DNA of 64,000 nt from Castellaniella sp. (GTDB lineage: Bacteria > Pseudomonadota > Gammaproteobacteria > Burkholderiales > Burkholderiaceae_B). A model generated the notes under the pieces. That model worked only from the letters and a program-made list of their open reading frames with translations. It was not told the DNA's origin and searched no databases. Below are positions 26,112 to 35,104 of this stretch, one piece after another. The stretch is from NCBI RefSeq assembly GCF_041675725.1, contig NZ_JBAYTI010000004.1:2831-66830 (forward strand). The letters run 5' to 3'. The position numbers and the translations under genes are program-made. The stretch's first letter is position 1. Every line of letters begins with the position of its first letter.

Positions 26112-27475
26112 GCCCCGTCGCGCCCCAGCACGGCCAGCGCATCTTCGATACGGTTCACCGCATGGATCCGCAGGCCTTCGATCGGCTGGCGTGGCTGATT
26201 GGCGCGCGGAATGATGGCGCTCGAGAAACCCAGTTTGGCGGCTTCGCGCAGGCGTTCCTGGCCTCGCGGCGCCGGCCGGACCTCGCCTGCCAGACCGACT
26301 TCGCCAAAGGCCAGCATGCCCTCGGGCAGCGCCTGGTTGCGCATGGACGAGAGTATGGCCAGCGCCACCGGCAGGTCGGCGGCCGGCTCGGTGATACGCA
26401 CCCCGCCCACCGCATTGACGAACACGTCCTGATCATGGCTCGCCACGCCGGCGTGGCGATGCAGTACCGCCAGCAGCATGGCCAGACGGCTGCCTTCGAG
26501 CCCCACCGACAGCCGCCGTGGATTGGGCGCATGCGAGGCATCGACCAGCGCCTGGATCTCGACCAGCAACGGCCGGGTGCCTTCCTGGGTGGCCATCACG
26601 CAAGAACCCGCCACCCGCTTTGCATGGCCTGCCAAAAACAGGGCAGAAGGATTGTTCACCCCACGCAGCCCGCGATCGGTCATGGCGAAGACGCCCAATT
26701 CATTGACGGCCCCAAAGCGATTCTTGATGGCGCGCACCAGACGGAAGGAAGAATGGGTATCGCCCTCGAAGTACAGGACGGTGTCCACCATGTGCTCCAG
26801 CACGCGAGGCCCGGCCAGGGCGCCATCTTTGGTGACGTGGCCGATGAAGACCAGCGTGATGCCGGTCTGTTTGGCCGTGCGGGTCAATTGAGCCGCACAT
26901 TCGCGCACCTGAGACACAGAACCGGGTGCCGCCGTCAGTTCCCCTGAATACAGCGTCTGGATCGAATCGATCACCGCGACCGCCGGCTGGTGCTCGAGCA
27001 AGGCCTGGGTGATGTGCTCGAGGCGGATTTCCGCCAGCACGTCGACGGCATCGCCAGCCACGCCCAAGCGCCGCGCCCGCAAGGCCACCTGCTCGGCGGA
27101 CTCTTCGCCGGTCACGTACAGCACGGGCACGCGCCCGGACAGGCTGGCCACCGTCTGCAGCAGCAGCGTCGACTTGCCGATACCAGGATCGCCCCCGATG
27201 AGAATGACCGCGCCAGCCACCAGCCCGCCGCCCAGTACCCGATCGAATTCATCCAGACCCGTTGGCGTGCGCGCCTGTTCGCGGGCCTCGATGTCAGCCA
27301 GGCGCTGGACCGGCGCCGACGCAGCCAAAGGTGCGAAACGATGCCGGTCGGAGCGGGCGGTTTCCAGAACTTCTTGCAGGGTATTCCAGGCGCCGCACTG
27401 CGCACAGCGACCTTCCCATTTGGCGGACACCGCGCCACAATCGGCACAGACGAACGATGATCGCGCCCTGGCCAT
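26105..27475 (-). CDS. radA: DNA repair protein RadA (Sms)
   Basis: N-terminal zinc ribbon CADCG...CAQCGAWNT, Walker A GGDPGIGKST, the KNRFG motif, and a Lon-protease-like C-domain. Confidence 0.95.
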   Translation of the reverse strand: MARARSSFVCADCGAVSAKWEGRCAQCGAWNTLQEVLETARSDRHRFAPLAASAPVQRLADIEAREQARTPTGLDEFDRVLGGGLVAGAVILIGGDPGIGKSTLLLQTVASLSGRVPVLYVTGEESAEQVALRARRLGVAGDAVDVLAEIRLEHITQALLEHQPAVAVIDSIQTLYSGELTAAPGSVSQVRECAAQLTRTAKQTGITLVFIGHVTKDGALAGPRVLEHMVDTVLYFEGDTHSSFRLVRAIKNRFGAVNELGVFAMTDRGLRGVNNPSALFLAGHAKRVAGSCVMATQEGTRPLLVEIQALVDASHAPNPRRLSVGLEGSRLAMLLAVLHRHAGVASHDQDVFVNAVGGVRITEPAADLPVALAILSSMRNQALPEGMLAFGEVGLAGEVRPAPRGQERLREAAKLGFSSAIIPRANQPRQPIEGLRIHAVNRIEDALAVLGRDGAC

Positions 27476-28191
27476 CAGCGCCCGGCCAGGCTGCCGCCAC
27501 CATCCACCCCCAGCTCCTGGCCCGTGATGTAGGACGCTTCATCGCTGAGCAAAAACACCACGGCAGCGGCTACTTCATCGGCCTGCGCCAGCCGGGCCAT
27601 GGGAATGCTGGCAAGGACGGTCCGCTCGGCCTCGCTGCCAATGGGGCACTGGGCCCGGAACAAGCCGGTTTCGACCGGGCCCGGAGAAACGGCATTGACG
27701 GTGATGCCGTGGGGCGCCAGCTCGAGTGCCCAGGTGCGGGTGCAGCCCAGCAGTGCGCTCTTGGCGGCCGAGAAGCTGGTATGCCCTGGCGCACCATGGA
27801 CCACGCGACCGCACAGATTCACGATACGACCCTCTTTGCGCGCTTTCATGCCCGGCACGAAGGCCTGAACAGCCTGCACGGCCACCCGCACGTTGAGATC
27901 GAACGCCTGATACAGGGACGCCAGATCGATCTCGCCCAGAACCTCGGGGAGGATGGGCCCGACCCCATTGACCACGCCATCCACGGGGTATTTTTCGCGG
28001 ATCATGCGCAGCAGTTCCTCGGTTTCGCCGGCGTGGGCCAGATCGCATGAATACAGGTACCCCGGGAAATCGATCTCCGCGACATGGCGCGCCAGCCCCA
28101 CCACATGGCAACCCAGATCGGCCAAACGCTGGCTGACCGCCCAACCGATCCCCTTGGTGGCGCCTGTGACCAGAATGCAGCGGTTTTTCAT
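27475..28191 (-). CDS. Short-chain dehydrogenase/reductase-fold protein with a non-canonical active site
   Basis: Trimmed to the ATG at 28191 (MKNRCILVTGATKGIGWAV, an intact TGxxxGxG motif). The usual Ser...YxxxK is replaced here by IVNLCG...FSAAK. The stop overlaps the radA start by 1 nt (TGATG). Confidence 0.8.
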   Translation of the reverse strand: MKNRCILVTGATKGIGWAVSQRLADLGCHVVGLARHVAEIDFPGYLYSCDLAHAGETEELLRMIREKYPVDGVVNGVGPILPEVLGEIDLASLYQAFDLNVRVAVQAVQAFVPGMKARKEGRIVNLCGRVVHGAPGHTSFSAAKSALLGCTRTWALELAPHGITVNAVSPGPVETGLFRAQCPIGSEAERTVLASIPMARLAQADEVAAAVVFLLSDEASYITGQELGVDGGGSLAGR

Positions 28192-28198
28192 GATGATC

Positions 28199-29326
28199 TC
28201 ACCCTGAGCCAACGGCCGGAAGGATTCGGCGCGGAACCCGCGGCGCCAATGCCGTGAGCAATTCGTAGCCAATGGTGGCGCTGGCTGCGGCGACCTCGTT
28301 GACGGATGGGCCGCCCTCGCCCCACAGGACGACGGGCGCCCCGGGCCCGGCTTGCGGCACCGGTTCGAGATCCACCGCCAGCATGTCCATGGAGACGGTG
28401 CCCAGCAAACGGGTGCGCACCCCCGCCACCTGTACCGGCGTGCCGGTTGGTGCGTGCCTGGGATAGCCATCGGCATAGCCACAAGCCACGATGCCGACCC
28501 GCATGTCGTGCGGTGCCCGGTAGGCGTGCCCGTAGCCGAGGCCGTCGCCGGCCTGCATACGATGGGTGGAAATGAGCACTGAGGCCAGCGTCATGGCCGG
28601 ACGCAAGTGCAATTCTGCTGCCGTTTTCGCTGGAAAGGGGCTGGCGCCATAGAGGCACACCCCCGGGCGCACGGCCTGGGGGCCATCCCCGAGCGTGCGC
28701 GACAGGCCTGCCGTCAGGGTGGCTGCGGAGTTGCAAACGCTGACGGGACCCGGCAGCCCCTGCGTGATGCTGCGGAAGCAATCGAGTTGTGCGCGCGTCG
28801 TGCCGGGATCATCGTCGGCCCGGGCAAAATGGGTCATCTTGCCCACCTGCCCGAGACACCCCCCGGCCTGCAGCGCCAAGGCCCGGGCATATTGACGCCG
28901 ATACTCTGCAGGCTGGAAGCCCAGCCGATGCATGCCCGAATTCAGCTTGACCCAGGCATCGACCGGCCGCCCAAGAGTCGCGGACTCGAGCATGTCCAGC
29001 TGCTCGGCGCAATGCACCACGATAGCGAGCTCATACGCCTGCACCAGCGCCAGATCGGCGGGTTCGAAGAACCCTTCGAGCAAGAGAATCGGCTTGCGCC
29101 AGCCCAATGTGCGGCACTGCACAGCCTCGTCGAAATCCAGCAGCGCCAGCCCATCGGCCTGGGCAAAACCCCGAACGGCCGCCTCGATACCGTGTCCGTA
29201 GCCGCGCGCCTTGATCACGGCCCACACGAACACGCCTGGCAGCGTGGCGCGGGCAAATTCGCTGACCGCGCCGAGATTGTCAGCCAATGCATGCGTGTCG
29301 ATGGTGGCCAATATAGGGCGCGGCAT
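28199..29326 (-). CDS. alr: Alanine racemase
   Basis: PLP-lysine motif VIKARGYGHG near the N-terminus. Also KLNSGMHRLGF and GYGHAY. GGGAG lies 5 nt upstream of the ATG at 29326. Confidence 0.9.
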   Translation of the reverse strand: MPRPILATIDTHALADNLGAVSEFARATLPGVFVWAVIKARGYGHGIEAAVRGFAQADGLALLDFDEAVQCRTLGWRKPILLLEGFFEPADLALVQAYELAIVVHCAEQLDMLESATLGRPVDAWVKLNSGMHRLGFQPAEYRRQYARALALQAGGCLGQVGKMTHFARADDDPGTTRAQLDCFRSITQGLPGPVSVCNSAATLTAGLSRTLGDGPQAVRPGVCLYGASPFPAKTAAELHLRPAMTLASVLISTHRMQAGDGLGYGHAYRAPHDMRVGIVACGYADGYPRHAPTGTPVQVAGVRTRLLGTVSMDMLAVDLEPVPQAGPGAPVVLWGEGGPSVNEVAAASATIGYELLTALAPRVPRRILPAVGSG

Positions 29327-29378
29327 TCAGTCTCCCAAAAAAGCCGAACGAGGACCGGGCTCAGTATACTGCCTCACC

Positions 29379-30257
29379 ATGGGTATCGATCATTATGAGA
29401 ACTTTCCGGTGGCCTCGCTCCTGCTGCCGGCGCGCCTGCGCCCTGCCGTACGCCAGTTGTACGCTTTCGCACGCGGCGCGGACGACCTGGCCGACGAAGG
29501 CGATGCCGGGCCCGATGATCGCCTGCAAGCCCTGGAAGGCTGGCGCAGCGCCTTGCAGGCCCTGTGCAGCGCCCAGCCCTTGCCCGCGTCCCTGTCGGGC
29601 GCCGAGCGCGAGCTGTTCACACGGCTGGGCGAGACCATCCACCGGCACCAGTTGCCGGTACAGCCACTATTCGATCTGCTTTCGGCCTTCCGGCAGGATG
29701 TCCGGCAGTCGCGCTATGAAGACGAACCGGCCTTGCTGGATTACTGTCAGCGCTCGGCCAACCCCGTCGGACGGCTGATGCTGCATCTGTACGGCACCAC
29801 CGATCCGCTGGATCGACGGCAGTCGGATGCCCTCTGCACCGGGCTGCAGCGTGCAAATTTCTGCCAGGACGTGGCACTGGACCACGCCAAGGGCCGCTGT
29901 TATATCCCCCAGGACTGCCTGTTGCGTCATGGGGCCCGAATGGAAGAGCTGGCGGCGCTATGCCAGGCGCCCCCTGCGCGCGTGCCCGAGCACTGGCGGG
30001 CTGTGCTGCACGAACAATCCGAGCAGGCCCGCATGGCGCTGCTGGCCGGCAGCCCGCTGGCCTGGCGCCTGCCAGGCCGTATTGGGCTTGAGCTGCGCCT
30101 CGTGGTCCACGGGGGCTTGCGCGTACTGGAAAAGCTTGCGGCCGGTGGCTACAACCCTTTTGCCAACCGCCCCATTCTGAATCGCCGGGATACCATCCTG
30201 CTATGCTGGCGCGCATTCTGCCAGTCACGGCCCCAACCTGTTTCGGCACCTTCATGA
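29379..30257 (+). CDS. hpnC: Squalene synthase HpnC (hydroxysqualene synthase type)
   Basis: Trimmed to the ATG at 29379. Reads MGIDHYENFPVAS, the characteristic HpnC start. Asp-rich motifs ARGADDLADE and CQDVALD are present. Confidence 0.8.
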   Translation: MGIDHYENFPVASLLLPARLRPAVRQLYAFARGADDLADEGDAGPDDRLQALEGWRSALQALCSAQPLPASLSGAERELFTRLGETIHRHQLPVQPLFDLLSAFRQDVRQSRYEDEPALLDYCQRSANPVGRLMLHLYGTTDPLDRRQSDALCTGLQRANFCQDVALDHAKGRCYIPQDCLLRHGARMEELAALCQAPPARVPEHWRAVLHEQSEQARMALLAGSPLAWRLPGRIGLELRLVVHGGLRVLEKLAAGGYNPFANRPILNRRDTILLCWRAFCQSRPQPVSAPS

Positions 30258-31117
30258 CCCCAGACGAATATTGTCAGCAAAAAGCGGCCCAAAGCGGCTC
30301 CAGCTTCTACTACGCTTTTCTGTTCCTGCCGCCCGAGCGCCGCAGGGCGATTACCGCCCTGTACGCCTTTTGCCGCGAAGTCGATGACATCGTCGATGAG
30401 GTCAACGAGGCCTCGGTCGCCCGCATGAAGCTGACCTGGTGGCGAGGCCAGGTCGAGCAGATGTTCCAGGGCACGCCCGACCATCCGGTCGCACTGGCCC
30501 TGCAGCCCCACCTCCAGGCCTATGGCCTGGAAGCCACGCGGTTCCATGCGATCATCGAGGGCATGGAAATGGACCTGGACCAGTTCCGCTACGAGAACTG
30601 GGCCGCGCTGCAAAAATACTGCTGGCACGTCGCCGGGGTGGTCGGCGAACTGTCTGCTCGGATTTTCGGCTTCATCGACGCGCGTACCCTGAAGTACGCC
30701 GAAACGCTGGGGCTGGCCTTCCAGATGACCAACATCATCCGGGACGTCGGCGACGATGCCCGGCGCGGGCGGATTTATGTGCCCGCCGACGAAATGGCTC
30801 GGCACGGCGTGCAAGTGGACGACATTCTCGATGGCCGATACGTTGAAGGGTTTGAGCCCCTGATGCGCATGCAGACTGAACGGGCCCGCGATCTTTACCG
30901 TACGGCCCTGCTGGCACTGCCCGAGGCGGATCGCAGGGCGCAGCGTCCGGGGCTGATGATGGCCGCCATCTATGCGACGCTGCTCGACGAAATCGAGCGG
31001 GACCACTGGCGCGTGCTGGAAAAACGGATTGCCTTGACACCCATTCGCAAGTTCTGGCTCGCCTGGAAAGTCTGGGTCGGCGGCGGCAAGCACCTGATTC
31101 GCGACCGCACGGCATGA
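30254..31117 (+). CDS. hpnD: Presqualene diphosphate synthase HpnD
   Basis: ATGA overlap with hpnC. Contains SSFYYAFLFLP, CREVDDIVDE and NIIRDVGDDARRGRIY. Confidence 0.8.
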   Translation: MTPDEYCQQKAAQSGSSFYYAFLFLPPERRRAITALYAFCREVDDIVDEVNEASVARMKLTWWRGQVEQMFQGTPDHPVALALQPHLQAYGLEATRFHAIIEGMEMDLDQFRYENWAALQKYCWHVAGVVGELSARIFGFIDARTLKYAETLGLAFQMTNIIRDVGDDARRGRIYVPADEMARHGVQVDDILDGRYVEGFEPLMRMQTERARDLYRTALLALPEADRRAQRPGLMMAAIYATLLDEIERDHWRVLEKRIALTPIRKFWLAWKVWVGGGKHLIRDRTA

Positions 31118-32415
31118 ACGTGGCGATCATAGGGGCCGGCTGGGCCGGCCTGGCAGCGGCCGCGCAGGTGCTGCAGGCGGGCGGCTCGGTCCGTGTCTAT
31201 GAAGCAGCGGCCCAGGTGGGGGGGCGGGCCCGCACAATCGAATCCGCCGCCCTAGGCCTGGCCATCGACAATGGGCAGCACGTGCTGCTGGGCGCATGCC
31301 GACGTACGCTGGCGTTGATGCGCAGTCTGGGCGTCCGGCCTTCGGACGTCCTGGACGAACGGCCCTTGAAGCTGGCGACCCTGAATGGCCGATTCAGCTT
31401 TCATCTGCCGCCCTGGCGCGCACCCTGGAATCTCGCCGGCAGCCTGCTCCTGAGCCGCGGCCTGGGCGGTTGGGCCAGCTGGCAACATCTGTTCCGGGTA
31501 CTGCAGGATGCGCGTCGGTCCGAAGTTTCCGCGTCACTGAATGCAGCCGACTGGCTGGCCTCCCTGCAGGGTTCGCCGGCGCTGCTTGAGCACCTTTGGC
31601 GCCCTCTCGCCCTGGCTGCGCTGAACACGCCGCTCGAACACGCCTCCGCACGCTTGTTGGCGCGCCTGCTTGCCGAGAGTCTGGGGGCCGACGCCCAGGC
31701 CAGCCGGGTTCTGATCCCACGAACACGGTTGCACGCCTTGTGGCCGGCAGCCGTCTGCACCCGGCTGGGCACGCAACTCGTGTATCGACGCGTCCACCAT
31801 GTGGAACACGACGGGCACGGCTGGCAAGTCGACGGGCAGGCCTTCGGCCAGGTCATCGTGGCCACGCCGGAACCCGAGGCACGCCGGCTGCTCGGCACGC
31901 TGGATCACGCATCCGCCGAACTGGCCAAATGGCCGCGCTACCAGCACGCCGCCATCGCCACGCTGACCCTGCAACTGCATGCCCCCTGGCCGCAGCCCAA
32001 TCCCATGGCGATGCTGGCGCCCGACCCTCGCCTCGCCGTCAATGGGCACTGGCTGTTCAATCGCCACCATATCGCCCGCGATCCGGCCGAGCGCTGCCTG
32101 CTGCACGTCGTGATTGCCCGCGCCCACGCCCTTGCCCACCTGGACCGGCCGACCGTGCTCAAGCACATCGTCCGGCAGATCGATGGGCAAGCCGCACAGC
32201 CCCTGCCCCCTGTCAGGGCGCATCTGCTGGTGAATGAAAAGCGCGCCACGTTCGATGCCCAGCCCAGCCTCTGCCGCCCAGGCCCGAGGACACGCTGGCC
32301 AGGCCTGTTTCTTGCAGGCGATTGGACGGACACCGGCTACCCGGCCACCCTGGAGGGCGCCGTTTGCAGCGGGCTTCGGGCGGCCGGTCTGGCCCTCGAT
32401 GATCAAAGGGCGTGA
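31114..32415 (+). CDS. hpnE: Hydroxysqualene dehydroxylase HpnE (FAD-dependent amine-oxidase fold)
   Basis: ATGA overlap with hpnD. The N-terminal dinucleotide fold reads VAIIGAGWAGLAAA...YEAAAQVGGR, and the C-terminus has LFLAGDWT. Confidence 0.75.
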   Translation: MNVAIIGAGWAGLAAAAQVLQAGGSVRVYEAAAQVGGRARTIESAALGLAIDNGQHVLLGACRRTLALMRSLGVRPSDVLDERPLKLATLNGRFSFHLPPWRAPWNLAGSLLLSRGLGGWASWQHLFRVLQDARRSEVSASLNAADWLASLQGSPALLEHLWRPLALAALNTPLEHASARLLARLLAESLGADAQASRVLIPRTRLHALWPAAVCTRLGTQLVYRRVHHVEHDGHGWQVDGQAFGQVIVATPEPEARRLLGTLDHASAELAKWPRYQHAAIATLTLQLHAPWPQPNPMAMLAPDPRLAVNGHWLFNRHHIARDPAERCLLHVVIARAHALAHLDRPTVLKHIVRQIDGQAAQPLPPVRAHLLVNEKRATFDAQPSLCRPGPRTRWPGLFLAGDWTDTGYPATLEGAVCSGLRAAGLALDDQRA

Positions 32416-33803
32416 TGCCGGATGTAATCGGCCACCAGGGCCGCATCACAGTCGAGCACCTCGACCCGCTGGGGCCGCTGCTCGAGATCCTCGAGACCGG
32501 CCGGTACCGCGGGCCACTGACCGGTCGCCTCGACGATCGTTTCGGCAAACTTGGCGGGCAAGGCTGTTTCGAGCACCAGCATGGGTATGCCGGGTTCCAG
32601 GTACTGAGCGGCGACCTTCAGGCCATCGGCCGTATGCGGATCCACCAGCCTCCCCGTTTCTTCGAGCGTTTGCCGTATCGTCCGCAAGCGGTCCGCATGC
32701 GTGCTGGTGCCGGCCACGAACCCATAGCGATCTTCGAACTGCGGCCGCAACGCCGACAGGTCGAACTGCCCCTGTTCGTGCACACTGCGCATCAGCTCAG
32801 TGACGCGCAACGGGTCCCGGTCGACCAGGTCGAAAACGAAACGCTCGAAGTTCGAAGCCCGTGAAATATCCATCGACGGGCTCGAGGTCGCCTGGGTCTG
32901 GCTGGCCGGCCGGGGCCGATACAGGCCGGTACGAAAGAACTCTTCCAGGACGTTGTTTTCGTTGGTGGCAAGCACCAGCCGATGGATGGGGACCCCCATC
33001 TGGCGGGCGATGTGGCCGGCCAGGATGTTGCCGAAATTGCCCGATGGAACCGCAAAAGAAACCTGGCCGCCCGGATGCGGAGCAACGCGCAGATAACCCC
33101 AGACGTAGTAAACGACCTGGGCCGCGATGCGCGCCCAGTTGATCGAATTGACGGCGCCCAGCCGGTAGCGCTGCTTGAAATCGAGGTCGCCGGCCAAGGT
33201 CTTGACCACATCCTGGCATTCGTCGAACACGCCACGCAGGGCCAGATTGTGGATGTTGCCGTCCTGCAGCGAATACATCTGGGCCCGCTGAAAGGCGCTC
33301 ATGCGGCCATGCGGCGAGAGCATGAAGACGGCGATGCCTGCCTTGCCACGCAAAGCGTACTCTGCTGCCGATCCGGTATCGCCCGACGTCGCCCCCAGGA
33401 TGTTCAGGGTCTGGCCCCGGCGCACCAGCACGTACTCGAAGACCTGCCCAAGGAACTGCATGGCCATGTCTTTGAAAGCCAGGGTCGGCCCCTCGGACAG
33501 GCCCAGCAACATGAGCCCGTCGCGCAGCGGCTTGACCGGTGCGATGCGCGGAAACACAGCGGGCGCATAGGCCGCATGAGTCAGGCCATGCAGATCGTCT
33601 TCGGGGATATCGCCGATGAACAGGCCCAGGACGCGGGCGGCCAGCTCGGCGTAAGACAGGGACTGCCAGGCAGCCAGGGTCGTGGCATCCAGCCGCGGCA
33701 GCCGTTCGGGCAACGTCAGCCCCCCATCCGGCGCCAGACCTTCGAGGAGGATGTCGCAGAAGGGAGCCGGGGCCATCCCGCCCCGCGTGGACAGATAGTT
33801 CAA
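32403..33803 (-). CDS. thrC: Threonine synthase
   Basis: The family N-terminus (M)NYLSTRGG is encoded with TTG at 33803-33801, overlapping the hom stop (TTGA). PLP-lysine motif PTLAFKDMA. The ORF-track start at 34649 runs through hom in another frame. Confidence 0.9.
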   Translation of the reverse strand: MNYLSTRGGMAPAPFCDILLEGLAPDGGLTLPERLPRLDATTLAAWQSLSYAELAARVLGLFIGDIPEDDLHGLTHAAYAPAVFPRIAPVKPLRDGLMLLGLSEGPTLAFKDMAMQFLGQVFEYVLVRRGQTLNILGATSGDTGSAAEYALRGKAGIAVFMLSPHGRMSAFQRAQMYSLQDGNIHNLALRGVFDECQDVVKTLAGDLDFKQRYRLGAVNSINWARIAAQVVYYVWGYLRVAPHPGGQVSFAVPSGNFGNILAGHIARQMGVPIHRLVLATNENNVLEEFFRTGLYRPRPASQTQATSSPSMDISRASNFERFVFDLVDRDPLRVTELMRSVHEQGQFDLSALRPQFEDRYGFVAGTSTHADRLRTIRQTLEETGRLVDPHTADGLKVAAQYLEPGIPMLVLETALPAKFAETIVEATGQWPAVPAGLEDLEQRPQRVEVLDCDAALVADYIRHHAL

Positions 33804-35104
33804 TTGATGTTCTCCACCCGCAGCCGAGTCACCCCCGAGTGCACGAATGGCAACCCGGCAATAGTCTGCAGGGCTTGGTCGACGTCGCCCTCTCGGGCCT
33901 CGTGGGTCAGGAAAATGATGTCGGCCTGATGTTCGCCGTGGGGCTGCTGGAACATGGAACCGACGGATATCCCCATTGCGGCCAGGACCCGGGCCAGATC
34001 GGCCAGTACCCCCGGTCGGTCGTCTACCCGCAGGCGCAGATAATAGCTGGTCCGGACGTCCGCCATGGGCAGAATGGGGATGTCCGCCATGGACTCGGGC
34101 TGGAAGGCCAGGTGAGGCACGCGATGCCCCGGATCCGCCCGATGCAGACGCGCCACGTCGACCAGGTCGGCCACGACGGCCGACGCCGTGGGCAGGGCGC
34201 CGGCGCCCTGCCCATAGTACAGGGTCGTGCCGACCATATCGCCACGCACCAGAACGGCGTTCATGGCGCCTTCCACCTGCGCCAGCAGACAGGTATCGGG
34301 CACCAGGGCGGGATGCACCCGCAGTTCGATGCCCTCGGGCCGATGCCGCGTCATGCCCAACAGCTTGATACGGTATCCCAGACGCTCGGCGTGGCGAATG
34401 TCTTCTGACGCCAATGAGGCAATGCCTTCGATGTGGACCTTGTCGAACTGCACCGGAATACCGAAAGCCAGCGAGGCCAGCAAGGTGATTTTGTGCGCGG
34501 CATCGACGCCTTCGATGTCGAACGTGGGATCGGCCTCGGCGTATCCAAGGCGCTGCGCCTCGGCCAATACCGCTTGAAAAGGCAGGCCGCGCTGGCGCAT
34601 TTCGGAGAGAATGAAGTTGGTCGTGCCATTGATGATGCCAGCCAGCCACTGGATGCGATTCGCCGTCAGGCCCTCGCGGATCGCCTTGATGATGGGAATG
34701 CCGCCCGCCACGGCGGCTTCGAACGCGACCATCACGCCGCGCGACTGTGCGGCGGCGAAGATTTCATTGCCGTGAACGGCCAGCAACGCCTTGTTGGCCG
34801 TGACCACGTGCTTGCCGTGGGCAATGGCTTCGAGCAGGCAGGCGCGCGCGACAGTGTCCCCGCCCATTAGCTCGACCACGATGTCGACGTCCGGATCCCG
34901 TGCCAGCGCCATGCCGTCGGTGGTGACCCGCACGTCTGGACCCAGCAGGGTCCGGGCCTTGGCCACGTCACGCACGGCCACGGCCGTGACCTGGATGCGC
35001 CGCCCGGCGCGCCGGGAGATTTCCTCGGCATTCTGCGATAGCACCATCCACACGCCGCCCCCGACGACCCCCAGGCCAAGCAGCCCCACACGCAACGGTT
35101 TCAT
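33800..35104 (-). CDS. hom: Homoserine dehydrogenase
   Basis: Trimmed to the ATG at 35104 (ATGA overlap with the aminotransferase stop). Reads [18 protein letters not shown]. Contains [17 protein letters not shown] and a C-terminal ACT domain. Confidence 0.9.
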   Translation of the reverse strand: MKPLRVGLLGLGVVGGGVWMVLSQNAEEISRRAGRRIQVTAVAVRDVAKARTLLGPDVRVTTDGMALARDPDVDIVVELMGGDTVARACLLEAIAHGKHVVTANKALLAVHGNEIFAAAQSRGVMVAFEAAVAGGIPIIKAIREGLTANRIQWLAGIINGTTNFILSEMRQRGLPFQAVLAEAQRLGYAEADPTFDIEGVDAAHKITLLASLAFGIPVQFDKVHIEGIASLASEDIRHAERLGYRIKLLGMTRHRPEGIELRVHPALVPDTCLLAQVEGAMNAVLVRGDMVGTTLYYGQGAGALPTASAVVADLVDVARLHRADPGHRVPHLAFQPESMADIPILPMADVRTSYYLRLRVDDRPGVLADLARVLAAMGISVGSMFQQPHGEHQADIIFLTHEAREGDVDQALQTIAGLPFVHSGVTRLRVENIN

